Assembly: GCA_950097015.1 (NCBI GenBank)
Contig: CATNEN010000039.1
Coordinates: forward strand, 15,190,001 to 15,254,000
Direction of reading: 5' to 3'
Length of the DNA: 64,000 nt
Source: Macrostomum hystrix
Taxonomy: Eukaryota; Animalia; Platyhelminthes
Positions 1-13,165 of this stretch are shown here, piece by piece. The notes beneath the pieces are model-generated. The model did no database searches and had not been told where the DNA came from. It saw nothing but the letters and a program-made list of their open reading frames with translations. Positions within the stretch are counted from its first letter, which is position 1; every line of letters starts with the position of its first letter. The position numbers and the translations under genes were made by a program.

Positions 1-144
1 ACGAGGCACTAGACTACAGTAAGCGTGAGCATAGTTACTCACGCTTTCTACCAACTAGAAGCACCAAAACCCACTAATTAGATGACGAGTCAATAACTGC
101 TAATAACTTAAACATACGAGGTAGTTACGCCCGCCCATTTTCTA

Positions 145-3100
145 TTAACGACTCCGCTTTCGATCCTTCGTAGAATTCAGCGCCTCAATAAACTGGTCCA
201 GCTTCTCTTCGACTAGGCGCATCCGTTGAATGTCCTCGGCTAGTTGAACACTGCGACCGCGTAGAGTCTCGCGCAGCTTAGCAGAATCGTCTGCCCAGGC
301 GTCTAGGACAGACTTCACAGCCTTCTCCAGTCTGTGAGCCTCGTTGTTGACAATTTGCTGCCTGAGTGCCGAGCTGGTGGCATCCAGCATGCGGCCCACG
401 CGGTAGAAGAATGGCACGGCTACGCAATCGGCAACTGCGCTGCCCATCCGTTGCTGATAGTGATAATAGAGCTTGGCACACTGGGTGCAAGTGTCTAGAC
501 CGGAGCGAAGGGCGAACTGTCGGTATACTAGAGGCCAGGCTGACCGAAGCTCTTCGTCTGTGACGCCTTCGACTCCCTGAAAGGGTTTTTTGAGGCTCGA
601 ATCTACAGCTGCGATCTACCCGCCAACCTACTTTCTCTCTACTATCCAGCCTACTTACAATCTACCCTCCAAGCTACTTCGCTCGATTCATACCGAAAGT
701 TTTGCTCTACCCCACTTTACGTCTCGCTCTACCCCACGGTAATTTTCGCTCTACACATCTACACCCACCGTAGGTGTCTCTACCCTATCTGAACAAGTTC
801 CATTAGTAAACAATCAGCCACGCCAGCAAGCCCACCTGAGCCATCAGGTTTCGCCTGACAGCGATGGCGTCCTCGTCCGTCAGCTCCGAGGTGGTTCGTC
901 GGCCGCCGGCAGCGGAGTAGGCCAGCAAGCAGTTGCGCAGCTCCCCAGAAACCTTCACCAGCCGCTGCTGAGCCTCAGTCCGGCCGCGCCATCGCGTCCA
1001 TCGCTCCCAGGCTCCCGGACCGCAGGCCTTGGCCAGTTCGGTTTCAACTTCGCCTAGGCGACGCTGTAGAACTCGGCGAAGCAAAGCGACTGCGGCGTCC
1101 CAGTCGGTCCGCGTTGGCACGGCGCGTTCGTCAAGGGCCGCAGTCTGCAGCACCCTGAGTGCGCCTTCAGCTTTGGGATCCCAGCGATGGCCTTTGCGAG
1201 CTTCGGCGCGCACCGCAGCCTGCAGCGGCTCCAGCACGGGGTCGTGATCCGGCTGCTGGGGCAGGCCGTCTAGCTGCGAGTACAGCTCCTCCCAGGCGGT
1301 CTGGACGCACTGGCTGGGCAGCTCGCTGTCCGCCCATTTGCGCAACCAAATGTCCAGCCGGGACTGCAGCTCGGCTGCCGAGTTCAAACTGTTGGAATAG
1401 TCGGCAGCGCTGCCTCCGCCGCTGACTGCTGCGATGTCTAGGAGGGCGTCCAGCGCCCGCGGCGTCAGACTGGCCTCTAGACGGGACTGGAGGGAATCCT
1501 CCCAGTGCTGCGAGGAGAGGTGTTTGAAACGCGTTCGGCCCCACTAGTCAGGCAGTGATGCGACTCTCTAATTGGTGAGCAAAAAACTGAGCCCTCTCTA
1601 AAACTATCGTCTGATTGGCTAAAAAGTTTGCAGCTCTCTAATTGGTCAGTCAAAAATCAAGCCATCTGATTGGCTAGCAATGATTCGGCTCTCTAATTGG
1701 TCAGTCAAAAATCAAGCCATCTAATTGGCTAGCAATGATTCGGCTCTCTAATTGGTCAGTCGAAAATCAAGCGATCTGATTGGCTAGCAATGATTCGGCT
1801 CTCTAATTGGTCAGAGTTAAAAAAACCAAGCCCTCTGAGTAAATTGCTAAAAGTCTGTCCTCTACGCTCCATTAACCCTGTAAGAGCCGTCTCACCTTTG
1901 ACGGCAGGGCGCTAAGCGCGATAACCTCATCCAGCAGGTCTGACCGGGCCCGCTCGAATAGCTCGGCGCGCGAGTACTGCCGCCTGCCGGGAAACAGATG
2001 CTTCCACTCAGTCTCTAGGTTGAAACGCGACGCTTTGAATGCGTCCGCCTGGGCCTCCACGGACTCCTGAACCAGGGCCCAGAAGCGACGGCTCACAGCC
2101 TAGTGGACAGGGAAACAGATTCAGGCTGCGCAATGTGATGTGTCATTGAAAAAATTGAATGCCATTTTGGAGACAGCAGACACCCAGAACTGTGAACAGA
2201 TAACCAGAACTGTTAACAGACACCCAGAACTGTGAACAGACACCAAGAACTGTGAACAGACACCCAGAAATGTGAACAGACACCCAGAACTGTGAACAGA
2301 CACCCAGAACTGTGAACAGACACCAAGAACTGTGAACAGACACCCAGAAATGTGAACAGACACCCTGAACTGTGAACAGACACCCAGAACTGTGAACAGA
2401 CACCAAGAACTGTGAACAGACACCCAGAACTGTGAACAGATACCCAGAACTGTGAACAGACACCCAGAACTGTTAACAGACACCCAGAACTGTTAACAGA
2501 CACCCAGAACTGTTAACAGACACACAGAACTGTGAACAGATACCCAGAACTGTGAACAGACACCCAGAACTGTACACAGACAGCCAGAACAGTACACAGG
2601 TAGCCAGACTTGTACACAGACACCCAGAACTGTACACAGACAGCCAGAAATGTACAGGCAGGCAGACGTTACCAACCTGAGCCATATTAGCGGCGGTCAT
2701 CTGAGACAGGCTGAGCACGCCCTCACGAAAGAATTTTGAAGTTCGAAAGAATTCCTCCTCGTAGCGCTGAATAGCTGGGATAGATTCGTCTGAGCCGCCG
2801 CTGCCGGTGACCACCGCGAAGTAGCCGAGGGCCTTCAATGGCAGCAGTCGGCCGGCCAGCAGGCGCCCGATTCGATCCGGCGAGATTCGATCGCGCTCGG
2901 CCAGGTCCAGCTTAGTGAGAACGAAAATTGTCCGCCGGCCGGAGGGGTCGTGCTTGGCGACGAGGTCGAAAGCGTTGGACCTGCGAGAGCGAGGATTTGT
3001 TAGCTGGTGAATCACTGCGATTCCTGCTGCGATTCTTGCTGCGATTCTTTCTAAGATTCTTGCTGCGATTCTTTCTAAGATTCTTGCTGCGATTCTTTCT

Positions 3101-6100
3101 AAGATTCTTGCTGCGATTCTTTCTAAGATTCTTGCTGCGATTCTTTCTAAGATTCTTGCTGCGATTCTTTTTAAGATTCTTGCTGCGATTCTTTCTAAGA
3201 TTCTTGCTGCGATTCTTTCTATAATCTTGCTGCGATTCTTTCTAAGATTCTTGCTGCGATTCTTTCTAAGATTCTTACTGCGATTCTTTCTAAGATTCTT
3301 GCTGCGATTCTTTCTAAGATTCTTGCTGCGATTCTTTCTAAGATTCTTGCTGCGATTCTTTCTAAGATTCTTGATGCGGCTCTTTTTTTAAAGATTCTTT
3401 CAAAGATTCTTACTGCGATTCTTACTGCGATTCTTACTGCGATTCTAGCTAAGATTCTGAGTTTAGCTTTTATCATGATCGAGTGTTATTTAGACTGCAA
3501 TCCTAGTTACGATTCTCGCTGCGATTCTGATAAAAATTCTACGAGTAGCTACGATTCTCGCTAACATTCTTGCTGCGATTCCTGCTACGATTTCAAGTGC
3601 GATTCTGATCGCGATTCTTGCAAAAATTCTTACTTCGATTCCTGCTAATATTCTTGCTGCGATTCCTACTGCGATTCTTGATAATATTCTTGCTGCGATT
3701 CCTGCTAATATTCTTGCTGCGATTCCTACTGCGATTCTTGATCATATTCTTGCTGCGATTACTACTGCGATTCTTGCTAATATTCTTGCTGCGATTCCTA
3801 CTGCGATTCCTGCTAATATTCTTGCTGCGATTCCTACTGCGATTCCTGCTAATATTCTTGCTGCGATTCCTGCTAATATTCTTGCTGCGATTCCTACTGA
3901 GATTCTTGCTAATATTCTTATTGCGATTTTTCTTAACGCATTCTAGCGAACCTATTGGCAATGCTGGCAAAGTATCACATAATAAAGATTGCAAAAAAAG
4001 TAAAAAGGTACTCACCTCTCCGGATCAACGCAGGCGTCAGCAACGCACAGTATTATAGAATTGGGATTTCTCATATGCTGACTGGCCAGATGACGGATGG
4101 CTTCTCTGGTCTGAGAGGCCATGCCGCGCGTCTCCGTGCTGATGATGCCGGGCAGGTCCACCAGTACCATGCGGGGCAGGCCCGGGCCCTGCACTGACAG
4201 CGAGATGGTCTCGGCTGACACCGTGCCTCCTGACTGCACTACGGAGCGCATTCGACGCTCGATGGTGTCTCGCAGGGCCGCCAGTTCCGACTCCTGGGTT
4301 AGGTCGTACTCTCTGAGGACAGAACGACAGGATTTCGAATGAAGTGAGGAAGCAAAATAAAAAAACTTTGAAATTTAATAAATAAAAGCGTAGATCATAG
4401 AGAAATGCTTTCAAATCAAAGGGTGGAAGACTTGGATGGAAGGATCGGAGATTTGTAATAAAGGGATGGGGATTTAGAATGAATGGATAGGGGATTTAGA
4501 ATGAAGGGATGGGGTATTCGGAATGAAGGGATGGGGATTTAGAATGAAGGGATGGGGTATTCGGAATGAAGGGATGGGGATTTAGAATGAAAGGATGGGG
4601 TATTCGGAATGAAGGGATGGGGATTTAGAATGAAAGGATGGGGTATTCGGAATGAAGGGATGGGGATTTAGAATGAAAGGATGGGGTATTCAGAATGAAG
4701 GGATGGGGATTTGTAAAGAAGGGATGTGGGATTTAGAATGGACGTGTGCAAGAGTAAGAAGGTCGAACCTGCTCGGGTTGTCCTTAAACCTGGCCACATG
4801 GTAGGGTCCCTCAGCGAGGGTGACTTGCACTGGCGCCCTGGTCATCATCTCGCCGGCGCCCCTAGGAAAGATTCTAGCCTTGGCGATCATCTCCAGCACG
4901 GAGGTCTTGCCGGCGCTCTGATCGCCGACAACGACAACTCGCGGCAGGTGGTCGGCGACGGAGAACTTGGCGTCATGCTCCGACAGAGCGTCCAGCACTT
5001 CGCTGTAAAGTTCAACTAAGGATTTGTGCAACTGGCGATCGCTGCCAGCGGCGATGCGGGCGGAGCCTCCACCGACCCGCTTCGCTTCGGCAAGCTGGGC
5101 TCGCAGGGCGCGAACCTCTGACTCCAGAGACTCTAGCTCGCGCTGATATTTGGCTTGAAGATCTAGCATCTGCTGGCGAAGGTTATCATCAGACGAATGT
5201 TGCTGCTGCTGTTGCTGGGCTGCATCACCACTGCTTGAGTCAAATGGAAACCAACTAGCAGCAGCTGCAGACGCTCGCTTGCTGGTGTCTGTGGGATTTT
5301 CGGTGTTAGGAAAATCGGGTGGCTGTGTAATGCCAGTACTTGTGTCTGTGTAATGCCAGTGTTTGTGTCTCTGTAATGCCAGTACTTGTGTCTGTGTAAT
5401 GCCAGTGTTTGTGTCTGTGTCATGCCAGTGTTTGTGTCTGTGTCATGCCAGTGTTTGTGTCTGTGTAATGCCAGTGTTTGTGTCTGTGTAATGCCTGTGT
5501 TTGTGTCTGTGTAATGCCAGTGTTTGTGTCTGTGTAATGACAGTGTTTGTGTCTGTGTAATGCAAGTGTTTGTGTCTGTGTAATGCCAGTGTTTGTGGCT
5601 GTGTAATGCAAGTGTTTGTGTCTGTGTAATGCCAGTGTTTGTGTCTGTGTAATGTGTGTGTGCCTGTCTGGCCTTAGCCATCACGTGTTTCGTCTCACGT
5701 GATTGGCCTCTCTCTTAATCTCTAAAAGTACAGTAAAAATGTTTCCTGCACTTGGTGCTTCGATTATTAGTCAGGGCCTACGTAGGAGTGACGTTTCGCG
5801 CGTCACCGACGTCAGTTGCTATTTTTAGAAACAACGTGATTCCATCACGTGCTTTCTAACTTAGCACTGGCCCTATAGGTCCCTATAAAAGAATCATCAC
5901 TTCATTATTTCTCCTCATGGGGTTTTTCGTATTTAAAATTTGAATTTGAAGTTCGCTAGTTCGTTTGTATTTCTGACGCGTGATGCCTCAGTTCAGTTTG
6001 TCTTTATTATAGCTATCCATTGCGCTACGTTTAAATTCTAAGACTTCACATTGGAGTCTACCGGATCCCGCTGTGTTCAGCAGGACAGCTGGTACAACAT

Positions 6101-6745
6101 CAATCTATAAAAAAACTTTGAGAAGAGGCCAGTCACCAGTTTGAGAAAATGACTCGAAAAGAAAAATGTTTAGTAATAACACATTCATTCACTTACCACT
6201 GGAAACCAGACTAGAGTGTACATGTGAGCTGCGAGCGATGATCCAGGATTGAAAGTCACGCATTGAAGACTGCATCCAGTCCTGCATGGATAAGATAGCA
6301 ATGGGTGGGATGAGAATCTGCGCTATTCCACAAACCGCAAACCTGAGATATGAAAGACAGTGAGATATGATAAGACATTTAGCCTCACCCTTCTATCAGC
6401 CAGGCGCATTTCGCTGACAGCCCCGTTGCCGGCATCGGCAGCCAGTCTCGCCCACCTGCGCATTCGTTCGCCCAGCCAATCAACATCCGGCAAGGCGTTG
6501 GTAAACTCCCGATAGCGCCGATTGGCTTCGAGAGCTCCGGCGGCGGCGCCGACAACCAGCAGGTGGCGGAGGCGAATGGCACGCAGCAGGGAGGTGTGGC
6601 GAATCAGCCAGCGCAGCCGCTGTCGACGCTGCTTATCGTGGCCAGACTGACTGGACTCTGCTGACTCAGTAGATAAGCCGCGATGTGAAACATGTTTTAG
6701 AAAATTACTACTCCAAACTCCAAACTCCAAAATCGACTGCATCAT
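145..6745 (-). CDS. OPA1: Dynamin-like mitochondrial fusion GTPase (OPA1 orthologue), 8 coding exons
   Basis: Exons read with GT-AG boundaries and consistent phase: 6745-6389, 6281-6197, 5288-4769, 4312-4016, 2980-2677, 2099-1896, 1507-836, 576-145 (TAA). OPA1-type motifs: [41 protein letters not shown] (G1/G2), LVDLPG (G3), TKLD (G4), [29 protein letters not shown]...[10 protein letters not shown]. Confidence 0.95.
1560..1815. repeat. Intronic tandem repeat, 55-bp unit rich in TAATTGG/GATTGG
   Basis: CTCTCTAATTGG recurs at 1634, 1689, 1744 and 1799, inside OPA1 intron 6. Confidence 0.85.
2175..2655. repeat. Intronic minisatellite, 20-bp unit CACCCAGAACTGTGAACAGA
   Basis: Directly visible tandem array in OPA1 intron 5. 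Confidence 0.95.
3016..3930. repeat. Intronic minisatellite, 12/24-bp unit (GATTCTTGCTGC / GATTCTTTCTAA)
   Basis: Tandem array in OPA1 intron 4, in two sub-arrays. Confidence 0.9.
4430..4740. repeat. Intronic minisatellite, alternating 21/22-bp GAATGAAGGGATGGGG units
   Basis: Tandem array in OPA1 intron 3. Confidence 0.85.
5323..5655. repeat. Intronic minisatellite, 23-bp unit GTGTTTGTGTCTGTGTAATGCCA
   Basis: Tandem array in OPA1 intron 2. Confidence 0.9.
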
Positions 6746-7029
6746 TAGAGCGGCGACGACGGCGACGGTCAGAGCTCTGAGCTGCTATTTTTATTCCTTT
6801 TTTATTACAGACGGCACTTTACGATGTATTATCGAACGGATAAACGATTGGTTTGTGGAAATATGTATTCGTTTCCAAGAAAACGGACTTCTTTTACAAT
6901 TTTTCGATTCTGAAATCAATTTGCCATTCAACTATGAGACTTCTGTATTAGCTCAATAAATAACAGAATTAGCGATACGAAATTACCGAGTTAGCACCCA
7001 ATATTAAAATATTTGCGACCATGCAACTG

Positions 7030-9455
7030 ACTGGATTAACAACTCTAAGTGACTTGATTAGCCTTGTAAATGACTGGATTAACCCCGTAATTGACTGGAT
7101 TAGACCTGTAACTGACTGAATTAGCCATGTAAGTGACTGGATTAGCCCCTGTAACTGATTGGATTAGCCCTGTAAGTGACTGGATTAGCCCTGTAAGTGA
7201 CTGGATTAGCCCCTGTAACTGACTGGATTAGCCCCTGTAACTGATTGGATTAGCCCCTGTAACTGATTGGATTAGCCCCTGTAACTGATTGGATTAGCCC
7301 CTGTAACTGACTGGATTAGCCCTGTAACTGACTGGATTAGCCCTGTAAGTGACTGGATTAGCCCCTGTAACTGACTGGATTAGCCCTGTAACTGACTGGA
7401 TTAGCCCTGTAACTGACTGGATTAGCCCTGTAACTGACTGGATTAGCCCTGTAACTGACTGGATTAGCCCTGTAACTGACTGGATTAGCCCCTGTAACTG
7501 ACTGGATTAGCCCTGTAACTGACTGGATTAGCCCTGTAAGTGACTGGATTAGCCCCTGTAACTGATTGGATTTGCCCTGTAAGTGACTGGATTAGCCCTG
7601 TAAGTGACTGGATTAGCCCCTGTAACTGACTGGATTAGCCCCTGTAACTGATTGGATTAGCCCCTGTAAGTGACTAGATTAGCCCCTGTAACTGATTGGA
7701 TTAGCCCCTGTAACTGACTGGATTAGCCCTGTAACTGATTGGATTAGCCCTGTAAGTGACTGGATTAGCCCCTGTAACTGACTGAATTAGCCCTGTAACT
7801 GATTGGATTAGCCCTGTAAGTGACTGGATTAGCCCCTGTAACTGACTGGATTAGCCCTGTAACTGACTGGATTAGCCCTGTAACTGACTGGATTAGCCCC
7901 TGTAACTGACTGGATTAGCCCTGTAACTGACTGGATTAGCCCTGTAACTGACTGGATTAGCCCCAGTAACTGACTGGATTAGCCCCTGTAACTGACTGGA
8001 TTAGCCCCTGTAACTGACTGGATTAGCCCTTGTAACTGATTGGATTAGCCCCTGTAACTGACTGGATTAGCCCCTGTAACTGACTGGATTAGCCCCTGTA
8101 ACTGACTGGATTAGCCCCTGTAAGTGACTGGATTAGCCCCTGTAACTGACTGGATTAGCCCTTGTAACTGATTGGATTAGCCCCTGTAACTGATTGGATT
8201 AGCCCCTGTAAGTGACTAGATTAGCCCCTGTAACTGATTGGATTAGCCCCTGTAACTGATTGGATTAGCCCCTGTAACTGACTGGATTAGCCCTGTAACT
8301 GACTGGATTAGCCCTGTAAGTGACTGGATTAGCCCCTGTAACTGATTGGATTTGCCCTGTAAGTGACTGGATTAGCCCCTGTAACTGACTGGATTAGCCC
8401 CTGTAACTGATTGGATTAGCCCCTGTAAGTGACTAGATTAGCCCCTGTAACTGATTGGATTAGCCCCTGTAACTGACTGGATTAGCCCTGTAACTGATTG
8501 GATTAGCCCTGTAAGTGACTGGATTAGCCCCTGTAACTGACTGGATTAGCCCTGTAACTGATTGGATTAGCCCTGTAAGTGACTGGATTAGCCCCTGTAA
8601 CTGACTGGATTAGCCCTGTAACTGACTGGATTAGCCCTGTAACTGACTGGATTAGCCCCTGTAACTGACTGGATTAGCCCTGTAACTGACTGGATTAGCC
8701 CTGTAACTGACTGGATTAGCCCCTGTAACTGACTGGATTAGCCCCTGTAACTGACTGGATTAGCCCCTGTAACTGACTGGATTAGCCCTTGTAACTGATT
8801 GGATTAGCCCCTGTAACTGACTGGATTAGCCCCTGTAACTGACTGGATTAGCCCCTGTAACTGACTGGATTAGCCCCTGTAAGTGACTGGATTAGCCCCT
8901 GTAACTGACTGGATTAGCCCTTGTAACTGATTGGATTAGCCCCTGTAACTGATTGGATTAGCCCCTGTAACTGATTGGATTAGCCCCTGTAACTGATTGG
9001 ATTAGCCCCTGTAACTGATTGGATTAGCCCCTGTAACTGATTGGATTAGCCCCTGTAACTGACTGGATTAGCCCTGTAAGTGACTGGATTAGCCCCTGTA
9101 ACTGACTGGATTAGCCCTGTAACTGACTGGATTAGCCCCTGTAACTGACTGGATTAGCCCCTGTAAGTGACTGGATTAGCCCCTGTAACTGACTGGATTA
9201 GCCCTTGTAACTGATTGGATTAGCCCCTGTAACTGATTGGATTAGCCCCTGTAACTGATTAGATTAGCCCCTGTAACTGATTGGATTAGCCCCTGTAACT
9301 GACTGGATTAGCCCTGTAACTGACTGGATTAGCCCCTGTAACTGATTGGATTAGCCCTGTAACTGACTGGATTAGCCCTGCAAGTGACTGGATTAGCCTT
9401 GTAAGTGACTGGATTAGCCCTGCAAGTGACTGGATTAGCCCTGTAAGTGACTGAC
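7030..9455. repeat. Intergenic minisatellite, 21/22-bp unit GACTGGATTAGCCC(C)TGTAACT, about 2.4 kb
   Basis: Contiguous tandem units with no unique spacers, lying between the OPA1 start and the spartin 3' end. Confidence 0.97.
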
Positions 9456-10031
9456 TGTATTACAGTCATAAATAAATTAGCTCTCAATGACTAAATAAAC
9501 TAAAAAATGCCTTAAAAGGCACACAGTTAAGATCACCATACACTACTCTAAATAATGTTTGAAATTATTTAAAAAACAAAATTTAGGAATACTTAAAAAT
9601 GAATTAATATTGTTGCGAATAATATTTTTAAGTATATGCTCACGCACTCTTAAACATTTCCAGGCTGCAATGAGGTAATGAAAGCAATTAAATTATTAAC
9701 AAAAAGTTCTATAACTTTCATGTCAGTGTGTTTGTACAATGAGTTAACATATTAATAATCTTAAGCAAATACAAAAATATAATAAAACAGTAAATATGAA
9801 CATGATAACCTAAAAAAGAATTCTCGGAAAGATAATAGACTTTCTTAACCTCGAAAAAATTGAGAAATAGTAGGAAATAATTTTTTGCAGTTAAAAAATT
9901 TTCTAGCTAAAATTTTAACCTACATAAGAAGTCTTTATTTGTGGTTAAATGATAAGAAGTCTGTAGTTTTATAACTTATTGGCGCCAATTTAAATTTACA
10001 TTTTGAAACCTCCAGAATTATTTTAATTGCA

Positions 10032-12296
10032 TCAACGCTTCAAAGACGATGGAAACTGTGAAGGCTTTGACGAAGCGGGCATTCTGGACGTTGACACTGT
10101 TGACGTTGTTGACGTCGCGGCGGTGTGAACCGAAGCGCTGGAGCTGGCGGCCATCTTGCTGATTGTCTCCTTGCCAGTCTCCAAGGCTACTAGTTTCAAT
10201 GCGCCGCGCACTCCAAGGCTGTTGGTGACCCAGGCGACGCGGGCGATATTACCGCCGGCGTGCAGAGCGTCGCCAGTTACGGCGCCGACCCGCTGGCCCC
10301 AACGGTGCGCGGCCAGAGCCTGGCCGTTGTCGGCGAAGCAGTTCGCCAAGTGGCTACCGGCGTCACCCAGACTGTCCCAGACGGTGGCAGCGCCGACAAC
10401 GGCAGCTCCTGCTACGCGAGCTGCGCCAGCTAATCGACTATTCTCGTCTCTATTGGTAGTTGTAGAAACGCCGACTGCGTTTAGAGCAGGCTCCACGGCG
10501 TGCGGATACACTACACGGGTGGCTAGGAAGCTGGCGCCGGTGACTAAGCCAGAAACTAGACGCCTGGACACGCGCACACCGATGGCGCTGCCCTGACGAA
10601 GCAGGCTAAAACCTGAGGCTACGTTGTCTAAATGGCCTATTTCTACGTTCGAATTTCTGGCGGAATTTCCAGTGAGATTTTCCGCGGGATTTCCGACACT
10701 ATTTCTCGCAGGATTTTCCGCGGAATTTCCGTAGCTAGCGGCTGAAGCCGATTCAGCGGCAGGTCTGATTCGCTTTTGAGCTGACACGCGAGCTTTGGTG
10801 ATCAAATCGCCGGCTAGGCGGCCGCCAACAATGGCGCCTTCAGAGAGGCGGGCGGTGGTCCAACTGATGCCGGACACCAGACGGTCGGAGGTGCGTCGAG
10901 ATGGCGGCTTTCGCTCTTCTAGGGTAGCCCCGGATGGTTCGGGGATATATGGAGGCGGCTTCTCAGCGCGTGTCACCGTGGGAGCAGAACCAGCTGGCGG
11001 CCGCTCGATGCCTGGATGATGTAACAAAAATACTTTCTAAAACAAATCTCACACATGAAGCTGCAGCACTAGCTACCAAATGGTTACGCACCCAGTCGCG
11101 ATAAGCAGGACAGCAAATCCAGCAGCAGCATCCGACTATCATAGTCCAAATGCTCCGGCAGAATCAAACCAACAGACGAAGATTCATCAGCGGCGTCAAC
11201 ATCGGGAAAGATGAGCGCACCGCTAGCTGAGGCAAGCACCGGCGTGACGCTCGGTATCAGGGGGCATTGCCATTGGTCGCCAACTGAGATGAAAGCAGGC
11301 GGTCGGCCAGATTCAGAAGCTGTCGGCGTCACTGAAGCGTCTTCAAATACGCACAGTCTGAGGCTATTATTTGAGCCCGACTGACGCACGCGACCGTCAG
11401 CTGAGACAAAGTACAGCCGGACACCGCAGGGTAGGCGAAACAGCTGCAGAAAAGGAAGAGAGAGCACTGATAAACTAGATGATAGGTTAGAGATCTAGTG
11501 GATATTGGATAGAGATGCAGCCGAGAGATTACAGATCTAGTAGCGATCAAGATAAAAGATTCACCCATAAGCAATGAAGATTCAAATGGGGTCAGTGGCA
11601 GAGCGGTTCGCCTCTCGCACCAAGGTCCCTAAGCTCGATTTGGGGCGCAGACGCGGAGAGAAGGCTTTGGGACTTTTGGTGCAATTTATGCCCTTCAGGG
11701 CCAACCTTGAAGACACATTAAAAGTGTACATGGCCTGACGATGAGAAAGTCAGGGCCTATGTACAAACATTTGTGAGTGGGTGTACGATATCAGTGTCGT
11801 GTGTGCACAGAAGTCAGTACAATGGGCAGAATTGCCACTTCGCTGGCTGCGGGTCGAAAGTCACCAAATAATGTGCGATTGATTGCAGCCCTCCTGCAAT
11901 TATTATTTTAATTATGATTTTTGTGAAGATTCGAACCTCAGTGGCTGCAACAGTTTGCGCATCCGAAGCTTCGCTGTTTCCAGTGGTCGGCAGTTCGACT
12001 CCGAGACTACTCAGCCTGGAGTCCACCTTATCCAGTAGGCTGGTGGACAGCTGTTGAAGAGCATCATCGGCTCCACTGCAGCTCCTGGCTGCTAGCAGTT
12101 CGTGCCTGGCGCTCAGGTAACCGTCGATCACCTCCCTGCCGCCGAGTCCGCCGTTAGCTTCGTCGGCATCGAGAGCGGCTCGAACCAGGCTGCGGAGTCT
12201 GCGCGACTGGCTGACAGCAGACGAAAGCGGAGGAGACGAAGGCGGCGGAGCTGATGGCTCTAAGCTGTTGTCAGGACTACGCTGCATTTCAGCCAT
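10032..12296 (-). CDS. SPART: Spartin (SPG20)-like protein with senescence domain, 3 exons
   Basis: Exons 12296-11937, 11443-11092 and 11011-10032, GT-AG and in phase. Spartin central motif (LFRLPCGVRLYFVSADGRV...PPAFISVGDQWQCPLIP...ALIFPD) and C-terminal senescence domain (GAATVWDSLGDAGSHLA...HRWGQRVGAVTGDALHAGGNI...LGVRGAL). Confidence 0.85.
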
Positions 12297-13165
12297 TATT
12301 CAGATTAATTACTGGAACAATATTTACACGCTTTCAGATAAATAATGCAGATTTTTTTCGTTAACAGAAAAATACAATCGGAGGAGTTTTAAATAGCCAC
12401 ATTTTTCGATATTCTGTATCTCCTAAAATATTCAACCAATCACAAAAGCTGCAAAAAATCGACATCGTTTAGATATTTAAAACGATTCAACGCAAAGGGT
12501 GGAAACTTTTGATCTAAATGTTTAACTACCCATAGACCCATAGTATTTCTCCAGGGGTGCAATAGTGTGTTCTTTCTACTGTTAATTTAGTTGTCTAAAC
12601 ATGTAATGAAAATAACAAAAATTACCATTTACAGTTTTTTATATCATTTTACCGATATATTTACACATTTTTGCTTTTGTATTTCACAAAGCTTGGCCTA
12701 GTTAGTGACGGAGCGACTTTAAACTAAGGATTCAAATACTCGAAAGTTACGTTACTCGTAAATGATACACACCTAGTAGAAATGTGCGCATTGTAATTGA
12801 ACTACATTGTGCAACATTCGCTTGGGATCTAAAAATTGTTGGGCCCTACATTTGGAATTTGGGAAATTTTAGATATACATTTGGGATCTGTGAAAACTGG
12901 GGATTAAATGGGTGGGAGTATTTGGGATCTGAAAATTTTGGGGATCCGTTAATTGCTATTTAGGAAATGAATAATGGGGATTAATTTGGGATCTGGGTAA
13001 TGAATGTCTTGGATTTATTTTGGGGTCTGGGAAGTGTGAAAAATTCCACTAGAGATCTAGGGATTTTACGTGGGACAATTATAAAGAGTACATGTATGCT
13101 CAAACGAGGATCAAGAAAATGCTTTTAAAATGGATTAGAAATTTTTTCAGCAGCAGCATCAGCTC

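Noticed and set aside
7030-9455. CRISPR-like appearance of the regular short repeats (also 50222-51030 and 55040-55858)
   Set aside because: Units are contiguous with no unique spacers, there are no cas genes, and the context is eukaryotic.
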